A DNA stretch of 58,932 nt, the filler included, from Catajapyx aquilonaris (Eukaryota): assembly GCA_000934665.2 (NCBI GenBank). It is 3 parts of 3 records of this genome, joined end to end, with 100 filler letters (N's around TTAATTAATTAA, not from the genome) between each part and the next. Parts side by side here need not be neighbours in the genome. Positions count along the whole stretch, not along the records: positions 1 to 19,299 come from JYFJ02006504.1; 2 more parts are not named here. The stretch is one strand, 5' to 3'. Of the stretch, positions 1-12,220 are shown piece after piece. A model generated the notes under the pieces. That model had not been told where the DNA came from and made no database searches. It saw only the letters and a program-made list of their open reading frames with translations. The position numbers and the translations under genes are program-made. Position 1 is the stretch's first letter, and every line of letters starts with the position of its first letter.

Positions 1-785
1 GGTGGGTGGGTGGGGATGCCCGGGCTTGGGATCGAACTCAGGACCCTTGCATCCGCAGTGCCACTCCGCTTCCCCAAGTCTAAATGACTAAAATATAGGA
101 TATTTCCGGTCTGCGGCAATTCTGGCTTACTTAACCATGGAACTATATGCAGTGCGAAGAACGGGATCCGCTGCTAGTTAAACATATAAGTAAACCTATA
201 CGCCTATAGAATTATTTTCAATTTCAGTAAATTACGTGAAAAATAATAAAAATGAAAGGCTATTTACGAATAATTATTTAGATATTACACGTATAATCTC
301 CAAACTCTACATTTCACTTTATACGCTATAAACATAGTTTACATACAATATTTAGGCTGGTGGCTGACATACATTCAATAACAATAACATCAATACATTT
401 TCCTGTAAAAAGGATTTTCAGCGATGAAGGAGAAGCAAGGTACTATTGACAATAAGTTAGATGTAAAATACCAGGTAAAATCCTAACGCACTTAAACGAT
501 ATTCCATGCAATATAATAACGTCGACCTAGCTACAACATTATCATAACCGCTATAAGCGAGATTTTTATCAGAAGTTTTAATGCAGATTAAAAATAATTT
601 TTATTTCCTGACGTTGATTTATGCCCTTCTGGAACAAACAAATTGCCCGATTAATTCTAATTGTTGCTTCCCTTAGAAAAGCCACACATCTTCATTCAAA
701 GTAACGGTGTGTAGATTAAATAAATTCTGAGGCCGAAATGTCCTTCAGAATAATATTATGGCAGACATCATAATGCAAGTGTAAT

Positions 786-1095
786 TCATAATTCACACCC
801 TGTTATCAGCCGGCGGCTCTTTAGGGGGGGGGGGGGGGNNNNGGGGGGGGGGGAGTTCATCCCAATTTTATTTTGACTGGAACTCATTGCTTTAATTTAC
901 TTTGCTTTTTGGGATAGGATAGGGACGGAAGGAAACGGCTGTGGCCTATTATTTAGGAAGCAATCCAGGAATTATCCTGGGGGGGCATGGGAAACCACAG
1001 AAAACCACGGTTAGGATGGCCTGCCCCGGGACTCGAACCTAGGACCTCCCGATTAGCAGTTGAACACCTTATCCACTCCACCAAACTGCTTCGGT
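786..1095 (-). mobile_element. tRNA-derived SINE
   Basis: Minus strand begins ACCGAAGCAGTTTGGTGGAGTGG (A-box-like) followed by GGTTCGAGTCC (B box). Flanked by the near-perfect direct repeat ATAATGCAAGT(G/A)TAAT at 770-785 and 1096-1111, a putative TSD. Confidence 0.7.
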
Positions 1096-2323
1096 ATAAT
1101 GCAAGTATAATACTACGTATTCACTAATGCATGCTAGAATTATTGTGGTTACAGCACCACTGGCTATTAGCATATGAGTCCCCTAATTCCAAACCCAGAC
1201 AAACAATACCAAAATAAAACCTGGTGTATTTGAAAGGAAAGGTTCATGAAGTGACCCTGGTGAATAATATTCAGTAAGAGTTTGCAGGGACCTTTGATGT
1301 GCAATTCATGGTCCAAAAATTTTATAAAGAGAGCTAATGCATTGCCGAGTTTTTACACGTGGCTAGGCCAGAATTTGTCTGGCTTGGAGTAACATATCGC
1401 ACTTTTTGCGTTTTGCCAAAAAAATCTGGCTCATTTACACAAATATGCATATTTTCTTTGAATATGAGTAAAAATATCCATAAATGAATCAAACGTAATA
1501 TCTTATCTGTACTGTATAGAAGGGATCAACTACTCATTTCACATGCGGAGAAGTAGTGAGCAACTAATATTAGTGGACAACATACGCTACAGCAGTAGTT
1601 ACCAACCCGAGAGTCACGACCTAAAATTGGGTCGCCACAACATGTTCTTAGGGTGGCGGGTATGGCCGTGGGGAAAGGAATATAATTTTTAAAAATATAA
1701 GAAAAAAATAAGGCACAGAAGAAAAATATCTTGGGGAAATTCATCTCAAATCGACATAAGCATTGCACTGGTACCTGGTTGAAGGTTTTGGTAATAAAAA
1801 ATTGGGAAAAATCGAAATGGGGGGGGGTCTCCTTATGGGTCTCCGGGTTGTAGAGTCTCCAAAAAAAGATTGTAAATAGGGTCGTTACGAAAAAACGTTG
1901 AGAACCACTGCGCTACCCGTACGGGATGAATTCGGAAGTATGACTGGTGGAACTCTGAAACTCACAACGCCTGGAATATTATTGGACAACATGGACAGAA
2001 ATGCAGAATTGCGACTAAGGCTTCCAGAGACGTTCGCAATTAAGCATAAGTATTTTTGACTACGTAAATGTCTAGATTTTGAAGTAGTATGAGTATGATA
2101 GATAAATTATTATGATGAATGAAAATATGAGATATTTGACTTCATATTGTTGGGAGTGACAATTTTGAGAGGTGTAACTATAAGAGTTGTTTGTTTTGAA
2201 CTCCACGTCTCCCAATAACTCCCAGAATTTGAAAATCACCGAAACTCAAATCTCTTTCTCAGTATGACAACGAAACAGAGGGTGTACCGAAAACTATACA
2301 GTATTTACAATATTAGAGGCGCT

Positions 2324-2325
2324 TA

Positions 2326-2399
<74 letters not shown>
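2324..2399. repeat. (TTA)n microsatellite
   Basis: Uninterrupted TTA run. Confidence 0.95.
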
Positions 2400-2536
2400 G
2401 TTAAAGAGAGTAGGTGATGTGACCTTTGGAGCTGCTTTAACCATGCCGAACCATTCAAAGCTTTAAATTACCAGCTAATCATGTTTAAAGATGAAGAGGG
2501 GGCATATTTCCCAATTTCGGAAGGGAAATACTAAAC

Positions 2537-3481
2537 CAGTAAATAACCTTACAAGTTGATATACAAATTGTACTATACATTATGTGAACTGTTATTGCTT
2601 TAGGTGGTACAGCCATTCGTGTAGTAGATATGGAGCGATTTAGATCCACCACGTGACACCAGGTAGTCACCTGACAGCTATTTGAAGCTGGCTGCTTCGC
2701 TGGAGGTGTGCACCAGCAGAGAATAGCAGCGTTTTTTTTTTTTTTTTTGCCAGTGAAGGTGTGAAACCCACAGACATTCACCGTCGGATGAAGGCACAGT
2801 ATGGTAGTACCTGCATATCACCGCAGCAGGTGTATGAATGGGCGTGGAAGTTCGCAGGAGTCTTGACAAATGACACGTGTGCTGGACACCCCACGACCTG
2901 GTCACCCGCACACTGCTGTCACGGACGAGACAGTAGCGGCCGCAGATGAGCTTATTCGTCAAGACGGACCCATCAGTGTGAAAGATGGGAGTGTAGGGTC
3001 AGTTGAGGTCATCATACACGAGCACCTGAGATATAAGCAAAAGTGGGCCACGATGCAGATGGGTTCCCAGGCAATTGACACATTAATTGAAGGGAACTGT
3101 GTGTCAATGCCTGTGCAACGCTTCTCAGACGTTACGAGGAGGAAGGAGATGACTTTTTTGTGCCGTATAGTGACTGGCGACGAATGCTGGGTGCATCACT
3201 TCCAGCCAGAAACTAAACGTTCCACCAAAGAATGGCGACACTTATCTTCCCCAAAACTCAACCTGTTCTTCTCTGGTGCACAGTGCACATCTCCAGCGGG
3301 GCCACCATCTTCAAATATAGCTGTCACGTGACTACTTGGTGCGACGTGGTGGATCTGAAACGCTCCATACCTACTACACGAATGGTCGTACCACCTAAAG
3401 CAAGAATAGTTCACATAAATGACATAATGTATAGTATATTTGCAAATCAACTTGTAAGGTTATTTACTGAACCGCCTGGTT
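2537..3481 (+). mobile_element. Non-autonomous mariner derivative with a frameshifted N-terminal transposase remnant
   Basis: Frameshifted segments in 2761-3260 read KPTDIHRRMKAQYG..VYEW (HTH), PRPGHP, WVPRQLT and RIVTGDECWVHHFQPETK, which are mariner motifs up to the first catalytic Asp. Flanked by ~180-bp inverted repeats (2537-2720 and ~3270-3469). Confidence 0.85.
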
Positions 3482-3920
3482 GGAAAAGGTAAGCAGGAGT
3501 GGTCGGCTTCGGGGATCAAATGTTGCACTGATAATATTTGTGAATAATTGTGATTACATATCTCCCCAAAAAGGGTCATGCCCTCGAACGGGGAAATAAA
3601 TAAATAAATATGATTACATAGTAAACTAGCAGGCAGGGGGGGGGGGGCAAACGGGAGCACTGCGTGAATCTTTACACAAATTTATGCACAAAATTAACGC
3701 AAACTTAGCTCACTATACAGTATAATTATGCAGGTTTTACAAACTTCTTCATTTTTCAATCCCATGCGAAGAACGGATCCCCTGGTACACTGATGGTTTA
3801 TGTGCCCCTGATTCACGAAAAAGCGCGCTTTCTTGAGTGTAAATGACTAATCCTTTTAAAATCCGGGTAGTGCTAGACCACTCTTGGGGGTATTGCCCGG
3901 ACCTTTATTATTACCTTGTA

Positions 3921-4381
3921 CAAGTGCTGGACACAATAGCATATAACAAGTGTAAACAACGACTTTGGCGTTACCTGGCAACTGGTCGTGTTCGGACATC
4001 GTCATGTGGAGAGTGCTTAGCGTTCTTTCTGTCGTTGCCACTGTTTACAGGTAGCGATTGATGCTGGGACGAAGGGTGTCTCATCTTTCCGGCCATTCCG
4101 TAACTCCATCATCGTGGGAATAAGACAGTGACGATAGTGTGATAATAACGAATCGCCTTCTCAAAATAATATCCCCCTCAGCCCGCTTATTCCGATGCCA
4201 TGCATTGGTAAGCATGCACACACCCTTCGTCCCAGCATCAATCGCTACCGTACCTGTAAACAGTGGCAACGACAGAAAGAACGCTAAGCACTCTCCACAT
4301 GACGATGTCCGAACACGACCAGTTGCCAGGTAACGCCAAAGTCGTTGTTTACACTTGTTATATGCTATTGTGTCCAGCACT
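3921..4381. mobile_element. Foldback/MITE with ~160-bp inverted arms
   Basis: 3921-4079 is the near-perfect reverse complement of 4219-4381. This explains the mirror ORFs 3843+ and 4081-. Confidence 0.8.
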
Positions 4382-5217
4382 GTACAGCTTGTACACAACT
4401 GGAGCAAAATTATGCACTTTGATGTATAATTTTGTCCGTGGGGGGAAACCCTAAGGGTGCATTATTATGCAGCATAATGAAATAATACATCCTTGCTGAT
4501 GCACCTGAAATGCATTTTGCTGATGCGTATTTGCTGCATCGTATAAACTATTATTCACCTCACATGCATTTACTAAGCAACATGGCGACGTTTGACGTCA
4601 TTTGAAACAATCTGGTGTTTCAAATGAATTTGCATGTAAAATGTATCTGATGCACTTCTTTTTCTGTGTATATAGGCTTCCTTATAAAGTTCTGTGCTTT
4701 AAAAAAGCCAAACTTCTCTAACTCGAATCTTTCATAACTCGAAGCTTATTTCCGGTCCCATGGACATTCGACTTATAGAAGTTTTACTGTATATTATTTG
4801 GACTGGGACCGTAGTCAAAACTGTAGTGCATCTTAGGGACTCTTTTCAAAAAATGCAAAACAACGCTGAAGATGATATGTCTTTCTGGCAGAAAGAAATA
4901 GCATCTTCAGCTTGTGTGACCTTGAACATAAAATTTTGTCGCCTGCGGCGGGGTCCTTCACCTACCAACCCCCCAAAAAAGAACATTCTGCGTGCGCCAC
5001 TGCCTGAAGTACAGAAGATCCATGCCAGAAAAATGAAACCAAACTTTCAAAATGCGGGGGTGGGGGTGGGGCACGGCAGGAAAGGTTTGTGACCCCCCCC
5101 CCCCCCCCCTCCGAAATTTCGTAGATCAGGCACTGCTAGCAGGTTACCCGGCGTTACCCGTACAGGTCTTCAATTAGCTCAGGGCACGGAAGTTTGTGTG
5201 TTTTTTTGATTTTACTA

Positions 5218-5513
5218 TAGCTGTGGGGACGTGTGTCCCCACAATTTAATTGTGGGGACATTTTCAGGTCCCCACTCATGCACACACGCGCTGTGTAGGG
5301 GACGTGAAAAAATAATGGTGACATGTCCCCACTATTTTCATTCGTAGGGTTTCACAAAAGTCGATTTTTCTCAGCCTAGGTGAGTTAGGGTAGGGTAGAT
5401 TAGGTAGGGTAGGGTAGGTTAGGTATATGGTTAGGTTAGGTTAGGTTAGGTTAGGTTAGGTTAGGTTAGTTTAAACTTGCTTGGAAAGTCGAATTTTCAC
5501 GTCCCCATAGCTA
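5218..5513. mobile_element. MITE carrying an internal (TTAGG)n array
   Basis: Termini TAGCTGTGGGGACGTG and CACGTCCCCATAGCTA are inverted. TTAGG repeats lie at ~5385-5469. Confidence 0.55.
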
Positions 5514-6869
5514 ATTCAGAACAGAACGTGGTGGGTATGTTGTGGTGGTAGTGGTCGGGGCATCCATATCTATATTATTTTTAGGAAGTTTGTTTATAAC
5601 ATTTGAATTCCATATACACTCGATATGCCTTAAAACTGGTCTTATGGGCCATTGTGTAGTAGGCAGGGTCCTTCACTTATATGGTGTCACATTGACAGGC
5701 AGAATAGGAGCAATAATTGGGCCTTGAAAGCAAAAACCCGAGTACGTAAACCTCTCCTTCTAAAATACCACGATAACATTTGTGTAGTACCCATATCAGC
5801 TGTTTGAGGAATTATTTACATTCAACATAGCCTGTTATTGGAAACACTTGATAATAGCAATGATATTTCAGAGTAATTGCGCAATTGGCGCAGTTAAAAT
5901 GAAATTTCTTGCCGTAAGAGGCCCGCATGAATTGAAACAATAGGTGGTTTTCATTTATGGTGCTAGGATATTACTGTAGGTTACTAGTTCAAAAGCAAAC
6001 AAGTACATTACGTAATTTCATCTAATATCTTGGCTGTAATATTTTGTACTACCGGTACCTACAATATATTACGTGTGTAGCCTGTATACGACCCTGGGGG
6101 TGCTGAGTATATGTTCTGCAACGATTGTTATGATTATGACCATAACAATGACGTCATTATCAAAATTTTGATATAATGACGCTTACGAGAAACACAGAAT
6201 ACTGTATACATGCACCGTTATAGATATAGAGGAAATTGCACAGTTAATCAGTTGTATCAAGTGCTTTATAATGGTGGGTATTGTCGGAAGAGTTTGATTT
6301 TCCTCGACAGTATGTTCACTTCACGTACTGAAATCGACCTGGTGAAGTGTATACTGCAAGATAAATTCGCTGATGATTGCTCTAAATGGTTTTCCACCTG
6401 AAGCCAGCACCTGAGCATTGCATGGAATTCCTTTCAAAAGCGACCATCACAGCTATTGATTGGTTGAGTGGGAAGAAACCACAAAACAACGAAACGAGAG
6501 GTATCAGGCTATTCGAATTTAGTGTACCGTACATACTCTAGAAGGGCCTAATGGAGATAGCAAAGAAAATAGAAAACAAGAAAAAATAGTGATATATTTC
6601 TTTGTCTGTCCCCTCGCCAGGATAGCCCTTGGGGGTCATCAGAGAACACAGGCTCCCCACCACGTCAAGGCTGATATACCGAAGGGAGGAGGGGGGGAGG
6701 GGGAGAAACATATATTGGAGTTGTCTGATAATGTAACATGCTACGCAGGTTTTCTGTGTGCAAGTAGACTAGTCAGGTCTTATGACGACATCAGTGCAGA
6801 ACCGACAGAGCTGCTGTGAGCAACTGCGACGAAGGTTGTCCGATTGAACCTAGTCGAGCGATCTCAACC

Positions 6870-7176
6870 ATGAGAGGTGCAGCTGGACGCTTCTTCTCCC
6901 TGCTCATCATCTTCACCATCATGCCCGATCGGTCTCATTGCGGAATTTTTAGTGGTGAGACACTCTGCGTTGTGGTGACTTCTTGGTACCCAGACTGATT
7001 ATATTGTCCCCTGCTTGTTTATGTTAGGAATTGGCCACGCCCTGGGATCAGTTACAGGAACCGCCGCACATGGTGTTGGTGCTCTGCTAGGTATTAATAA
7101 TGGGAAGGAAGCGGTGGCTGTCGTGCCAGAAGCTCCATCAATTCTAGAGTCGCCAGCGTATGATTACTATACATAA
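6870..7176 (+). CDS. Small secreted Gly/His-rich peptide precursor (77 aa), antimicrobial-peptide-like; exons 6870-6954 and 7028-7176
   Basis: A canonical phase-1 GT-AG intron (6955-7027) gives MRGAAGRFFSLLIIFTIMPDRSHC-GIFSGIGHALGSVTGTAAHGVGALLGINNGKEAVAVVPEAPSILESPAYDYYT*. Signal-peptide-like N-terminus; AATAAA ~35 nt after the stop. Confidence 0.75.
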
Positions 7177-7286
7177 TAATCACAATATATTTGACTTGTG
7201 TTGGGTGTAAATAAAGCAAATGATGAATTTAAATGCTTTTAGTGTATATCGTCAGTATTAATATAAAACACAAAGTTCGTTGGTAT

Positions 7287-7394
7287 GTACTATATCGCCC
7301 AAAAAGATAGAGACGATTTTGCATTTGACTCAAGTGCAACTTGCACTTGAATCAAATGCCAATCGTCTCTCTATCTTTTTGAGCGATATAGTAC
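7287..7394. repeat. Short hairpin/MITE
   Basis: GTACTATATCGCCCAAAAAGATAGAGACGA...TCGTCTCTCTATCTTTTTGAGCGATATAGTAC is a near-complete palindrome. Confidence 0.7.
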
Positions 7395-8117
7395 GTATGT
7401 CACGCCTATTTAACCCACTTCCCGAGTACCGAGAGCGATGAAACTTGGCACACCCATGTCTTATGTTTTGCTGATTCCGGAAGAAGCCCTAAAATCCGGA
7501 ATATTTGGCAACAAAGCGAGTTATGAACAAATTTCTGTCTTTTAGGGCCGGTTTCACCGAGCTCAGTATATTATAAATCCGAGTTTCTTTTCGAAAAATC
7601 CCTACATTTACCTTCACCGCTGCCCCCAAATCGTGCGATACTATACTTGTGTGCGAGACCTACGTGCCAAACAGCCCGGCTATAGCTGTTGGCAGCGGAT
7701 CAGACGAGATACTTTTTTTTCTCATGTATACATTTACTACTTTTTGGTAAAAATATCGGTAACAAGCGAACCTGTCTTAATTTTGCCACCCACTTAATTA
7801 GAGAAATTTCAATTGTCTCACAGACAGCAAAAATCTGGTCAATAATCTTGCACTAAAATGACTCAACCGCATCACTAGCATTTTCCAGTTTCCCTGCCCG
7901 CCCGTGTGTCCGCCCAAGTGCGGGCAGATTGGCCGCTCTACACATATGGATGCGGCCCGCAGAACCGATCCCTACTGGCAATCTATATTGTGCCAATATG
8001 GGCAACTTGGGGGGGGGGGGGGNGGGGAATTTCGGGCCTTGTCTATACCTCTCTATACTCTATGGCTTACAATCTCTTACTGGAGTAGGACCCGGTCAGG
8101 AGGTTTCTCTTATACCT

Positions 8118-8240
8118 TACTAGCAGCGGAGCCCGTTCTTCGCACATGTTTCCATATATGATAATTACCAACAAAAACCCGTTGCCAGGGGGACAAACAA
8201 ACAAACAAACAAACTCTACCTTATACTATAAGTATTATTT
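8118..8240 (+). mobile_element. Short Helentron/HINE-like non-autonomous element
   Basis: Starts TACTAGC..GCCCGTTCTTCGC, carries a (CAAA)n microsatellite and ends in an AT-rich TATACTATAAGTA, the usual DINE-1/HINE layout. Confidence 0.4.
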
Positions 8241-9175
8241 TAGATTTTTTTTTATTTATTCAGCGCCGACGCGTAGACTATACTGGTCGCGGGGGCCCTT
8301 CAATGGGGGCGGGGGCAAAATTCAGGGCCTCAGGGCCCCCGTCGAGGTCAGTATAAGATTTCCATGACCGTTATCACAATAACCCCAGCACGACTTTCAA
8401 TAAATTTGCTGATACCGTCAAATGGGGGTGACGCTGGCCGGCCGGGTGAACTTGGCCAAACTCCTAAAAATTGCATTTGAATTATTGAAAGCCTCATTTT
8501 TGACATATGATACCTTAAATATTCATTAATGACATTTTTGGAAGGTTGGCCAAGTTCACCCGCTCATGACATACATTTTGATGTTTATTATATATTTTAC
8601 TTTTTTTTCCCCCCTTACACAGCCTACTCCAATGAAACAGATTTTTTCTCTCGTTCGTTTCTTTATGAAGTGGTAGATGCAGCTTTGTCGGTACCCCATT
8701 GTCCCCTCCTTACCCTTTGCAGCTGAAGTGTGTGTCTGCATGGACACTGGAGGTGCGGGGAGAGGGTCGAGGGGGGGGGGGATAGCATGGCATGGGTGAA
8801 GGTCTCACATGCGCCTGCCTTGTTTCAGTACTTTCATTGCGCCATGGAGGTCTTACTATACCCTTCGTAGTTGAGCATTCCCTTCTTCTCCATGAGGTAG
8901 AAGTACAGCCAGGAGTGCAAGCCCTGGACAGAGTCGCCCTGGCCAAAAACACGTGCTCCAGTCCACTCGACCCTGGCTGCTTGATCCTGTTAGACCGTGG
9001 GTACAGCTCCAACCAGATTTGTCTCAGGAGTTCAGAAAAGCGCTCTCTATCAGACGGGGCCAGACCTGCCAAAAAGTCAGGAGCACTACTCTTAACACGC
9101 GTGCTACTATCTTGTTAACAATAGATATTTTCTGTCGTGGCTTTGCATAAAAGATGTACTTGAAAATTTTATTAA

Positions 9176-9314
9176 CCTCCTGACGCCCAGAATATTTTTT
9201 AAATATTTGTTAAATTTTTAAACTTTTTTAAAAAAATATTTTTTTCTAAAAATATTTTTTTTCAAAAATTTTAAAACACAATGGCTAGAGGGCTGTACGC
9301 TGGGCGTCAGGAGG
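9176..9314. mobile_element. piggyBac-type MITE
   Basis: TTAA|CCTCCTGACGCCCAG ... CTGGGCGTCAGGAGG|TTAA. A second copy lies at 21019-21127. Confidence 0.8.
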
Positions 9315-9694
9315 TTAAAGAAATTAACTGGGGTGCAGACGTGTGCTGCTATTTGAGAGTTAATAACGTATAGAGTGAACAATGCTTTGATACCTTTTGA
9401 GACAAGGAATCTGTGGGCTGTCTGGATAGGCGGCGTAGATAGAATGGCTTGAATGAAGTCATCTTCTTCTTTCTTTTCCTCGCTTGTCACGGTTTCAGCT
9501 ATCTCACTCCGTGCCTCGTAGTTATCCAACAACGGCATTAATTTTCTGACGGTGGGTAGTGCCAAAGCCTCAGAGTTCACCTTCAACAATCTGGAAATAT
9601 ATTGTCGCAGCTACTGACTGTCAGTGTCAAGGTACATAAGTTTATTTCACAATCTGCAGAATTTTTTCATTCAGATATTATTATTTCTTTTAAA

Positions 9695-9695
<1 letters not shown>

Positions 9696-9767
<72 letters not shown>
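9696..9767. repeat. (CAT)n microsatellite
   Basis: Long CAT run. The paralogous position (19056-19079) has a shorter (ATG)n run. Confidence 0.95.
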
Positions 9768-9768
<1 letters not shown>

Positions 9769-9914
9769 CCACGGCATAAAATACACTAGGTTATAACTTA
9801 TAAGGATTGCTCAAAACCTGTGCACATAAGAATGAGAAGGGATAATAATTATTAGTTCTCTCCTCAGAAAAGTCAGGGCGGCATTGCATTTACCACTTTC
9901 TTGTGTCTTTACAT

Positions 9915-10124
9915 CAGTGGTTTCCAACCTGGGGGTCGCGAGCCTTTGTTCATTTTTTTTGCAATTTCTGTGCAAATTGAACCATTTTTGCGGACATAGG
10001 CTACAGAGTGTATGTTTTCTGGAAATGGTTCAGTTGTAGAAGGGGCCGGGGGGGGGGTCGCTGGTCGCACATTTATGGAAACATGTTTAGGGGGTCACAG
10101 TTGGTAAAAGGTTGAAAACCATTG
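9915..10124. mobile_element. hAT (Charlie-like) MITE
   Basis: Termini CAGTGGTTTCCAACC and GGTTGAAAACCATTG. A related copy in the opposite orientation lies at 11980-12220. Confidence 0.75.
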
Positions 10125-10683
10125 CATAATAGACACACTGTGGTCCTGTTGTGTGAAAGGATGTGGCTGCCGCCTTCAAAACTCACAGCATTTGAGATTG
10201 ACCCAGAAGAATAAAATTCTAGCTATGAACTCGTAACTTTCTCTTTACACCCTTCTGCCTAATTGTCATCATACTAGTGCTTGGAGTATCTTTAGCGTTG
10301 CCAATTAGTATTTTGGTGAAATTTAATTTAGGAAGAGTTTATGCAACGTGATTACTTACGTAAGGACATGACAGTGAAAGCTAAAATGAGAGAAGCAGCT
10401 GTAACGACGGACACTCCTCTCATCATTGCTGTTGACGTGACCATTCAAATCCTGACGTACGAGTATGCTGCTCATCCGGAATCACTATGGGTACCTAGAG
10501 GAAGAATGGGATCCTGCCCATGCCCTCAATTGCATCCAGGGTAAATAAAAACAACTGCGCGCGCATCTTCATTTGCACATTTTCCCCATCCAAGAAAAAT
10601 AATAGTTTCCGCAAGCACTACTGTTTCGATGAAAGAAATCATCTTGTTTCCCTAGATTTTCCTAAGTGGACGATGGATTATTG

Positions 10684-10981
10684 GAAAATAGGAAATAGGA
10701 AATATTGGGGTTTAGTGCACCGCCCTAGGGCATCGGCACAGTATACCTTTATTTATGCTTAAATTTGTACAAGCTTGGTACAGTTGGTCCTTTTGCCGTA
10801 ACGCCCGGGTACCGCGAGCGATAGGGAGGATGACAGGAGGGGATGTGCAAGTGCAGTGCAATGACATATGTGGTCATTTTGTGAGCTCCCCTGGGTGGTT
10901 TAGTCTATAGGAAATACCACCCGAGACGAAGTCAGAGATGGCCCTAAACTCTGCACGAGATGAAGGGGGTGTCCCCGGGCT
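10684..10981 (-). mobile_element. 5'-truncated non-LTR retroposon fragment
   Basis: Flanked by the 15-bp direct repeat GACGATGGATTATTG (10669-10683 and 10982-10996), with an (ATTTCCT)n-type 3' tail on the minus strand. The empty site is visible in the duplicate at ~17305-17325. Confidence 0.75.
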
Positions 10982-11564
10982 GACGATGGATTATTGCTTC
11001 CAGGAGTGGGATCGTAAGGTTTATTAGAGTTTTATTTACTGAAACGAGATACTGAAATTTTGAACAACGCAGGTCGGTTACAAACCTCCAGTGAGAGTTG
11101 AAGTTGGTCAGTTGGTGACACTCACTCAAAATTGGCAAATTGAGCGCATCCATGCCTTGTCTATGAACCACCTTTAGATGGTGTTTCCGGACACGGGTTC
11201 CTATGTGAAAAATACCTGTCTTGGTCTCCTCTATTACCCCTGCAAATCTTGCCAGAGGGAAGGGCTGTTCATAGGAGGTGATAGCAAGTACGGGCCAACC
11301 GGGCACTATGCACTATTCCATCCTACGTAGGTACTTGGTGCAATAACTCCTGGTGGCTCCGATAACGACTGAATACTCACAGATCATTATAAAGCTAAAA
11401 AATGCATTTGGGCAGGGGCTTTCCTATCAAAATGCACCCAACGCAGCTACCGAAAGTGGGCCATTATCAAGTTCAAATAAGGTATTTTTCACTTCACAAC
11501 TTGATTTTGACATACAGTATAATATAAATTTTTGGCTGTTTATTGACACGTGTTTAAATCATAT

Positions 11565-11901
11565 TTAACACATGTGTAATACTAATAATAATGACAACGA
11601 CAACAACACTAAAGACAACAACCCAATGAGAATAAACACTCTATTGCACTGCTGCTGCACGTTCGTTGCACTGGCGAAGCACTTCTGTTGCACACCTAGT
11701 TCTGTACTATATACTTCTTTATCGCTGTACTGATGTACTGATGACTCCTATTATGCGGAAAACCTGTGTTAGAAACAAATGTAGACATTTCTCTAACTCC
11801 AACAAACTTACACCATTCCCATCAGCCGTAGCATCACCAGAGCAACCCAGCACTTGCTCATACTCAGGGAGTGACATACCCATCCAAGAGTTAAAAACCA
11901 T
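11565..11901 (-). CDS. 3' exons of an unassigned protein with a hydrophobic C-terminal tail (exons 11901-11812 and 11747-11565; 5' exons unresolved)
   Basis: A phase-0 GTAAGT..TAG intron joins MVFNSWMGMSLPEYEQVLGCSGDATADGNG to ESSVHQYSDKEVYSTELGVQQKCFASATNVQQQCNRVFILIGLLSLVLLSLSLLLVLHMC*. Acceptor TTCTTTCAG upstream; AATAAA ~20 nt after the stop. Confidence 0.5.
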
Positions 11902-11979
11902 CTGAAAGAATTACTTCAGTTATCATTTACATAGAAATAATCGAGCATATATAGAAGCACAGTCATGGTTACTATAGAC

Positions 11980-12220
11980 CAGTGGTTTCCAACCTTTTGC
12001 CAACTGCGACCCCCTTACCTAAAATAACCTTACCTAAAATAATGTTTTCATAGATGTGCGACCCCCCCCCCCCCCACCTTCCTCCCCTCCCCCGGCCCCT
12101 TCTACAACTGCCCCCTTTCCAGAAAACATACACTCTGTATGGCCGCAAAAATGGTTCAATTGACACAAATTGCAAAAAAAGGTGAACCAGGGCTCGCGAC
12201 CCCCCGGTTGGAAATCACTG
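11980..12220. mobile_element. hAT (Charlie-like) MITE
   Basis: CAGTGGTTTCCAACC ... GGTTGGAAATCACTG termini. Confidence 0.75.

Larger units (their letters stand above)
8713..10426 (-). pseudogene. EndoU: Poly(U)-specific endoribonuclease (EndoU/XendoU family) pseudogene
   Basis: Exons 10426-10360 (signal peptide MMRGVSVVTAASLILAFTVMSL), 9590-9394 (LLKVNSEALALPTVRKLMPLLDNYE...FLVSKG) and 9065-~8855 (WLELYPRS..GSSGLEHVFL, then GDSVQGLHSWLYFYLMEKKGMLNYEGY in another frame). Frameshift at ~8940; exon 2 is absent; no C-terminal KP..GTSPE exon was found. Confidence 0.85.

Noticed and set aside
1..70. tRNA-like B box on the minus strand (GAGTTCGATCCC), also seen near 1030, 15298 and 42640
   Set aside because: No cloverleaf; these are SINE heads, not tRNA genes.
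5385..5469. TTAGG array as a telomere or fusion scar
   Set aside because: Short, partly degenerate and embedded between MITE inverted termini.
9602..9796. Poly-His ORF (also poly-Leu 15326, poly-Val/Thr 20225-20471 and poly-Lys 34908)
   Set aside because: Translations of microsatellites, a SINE tail or a homopolymer.
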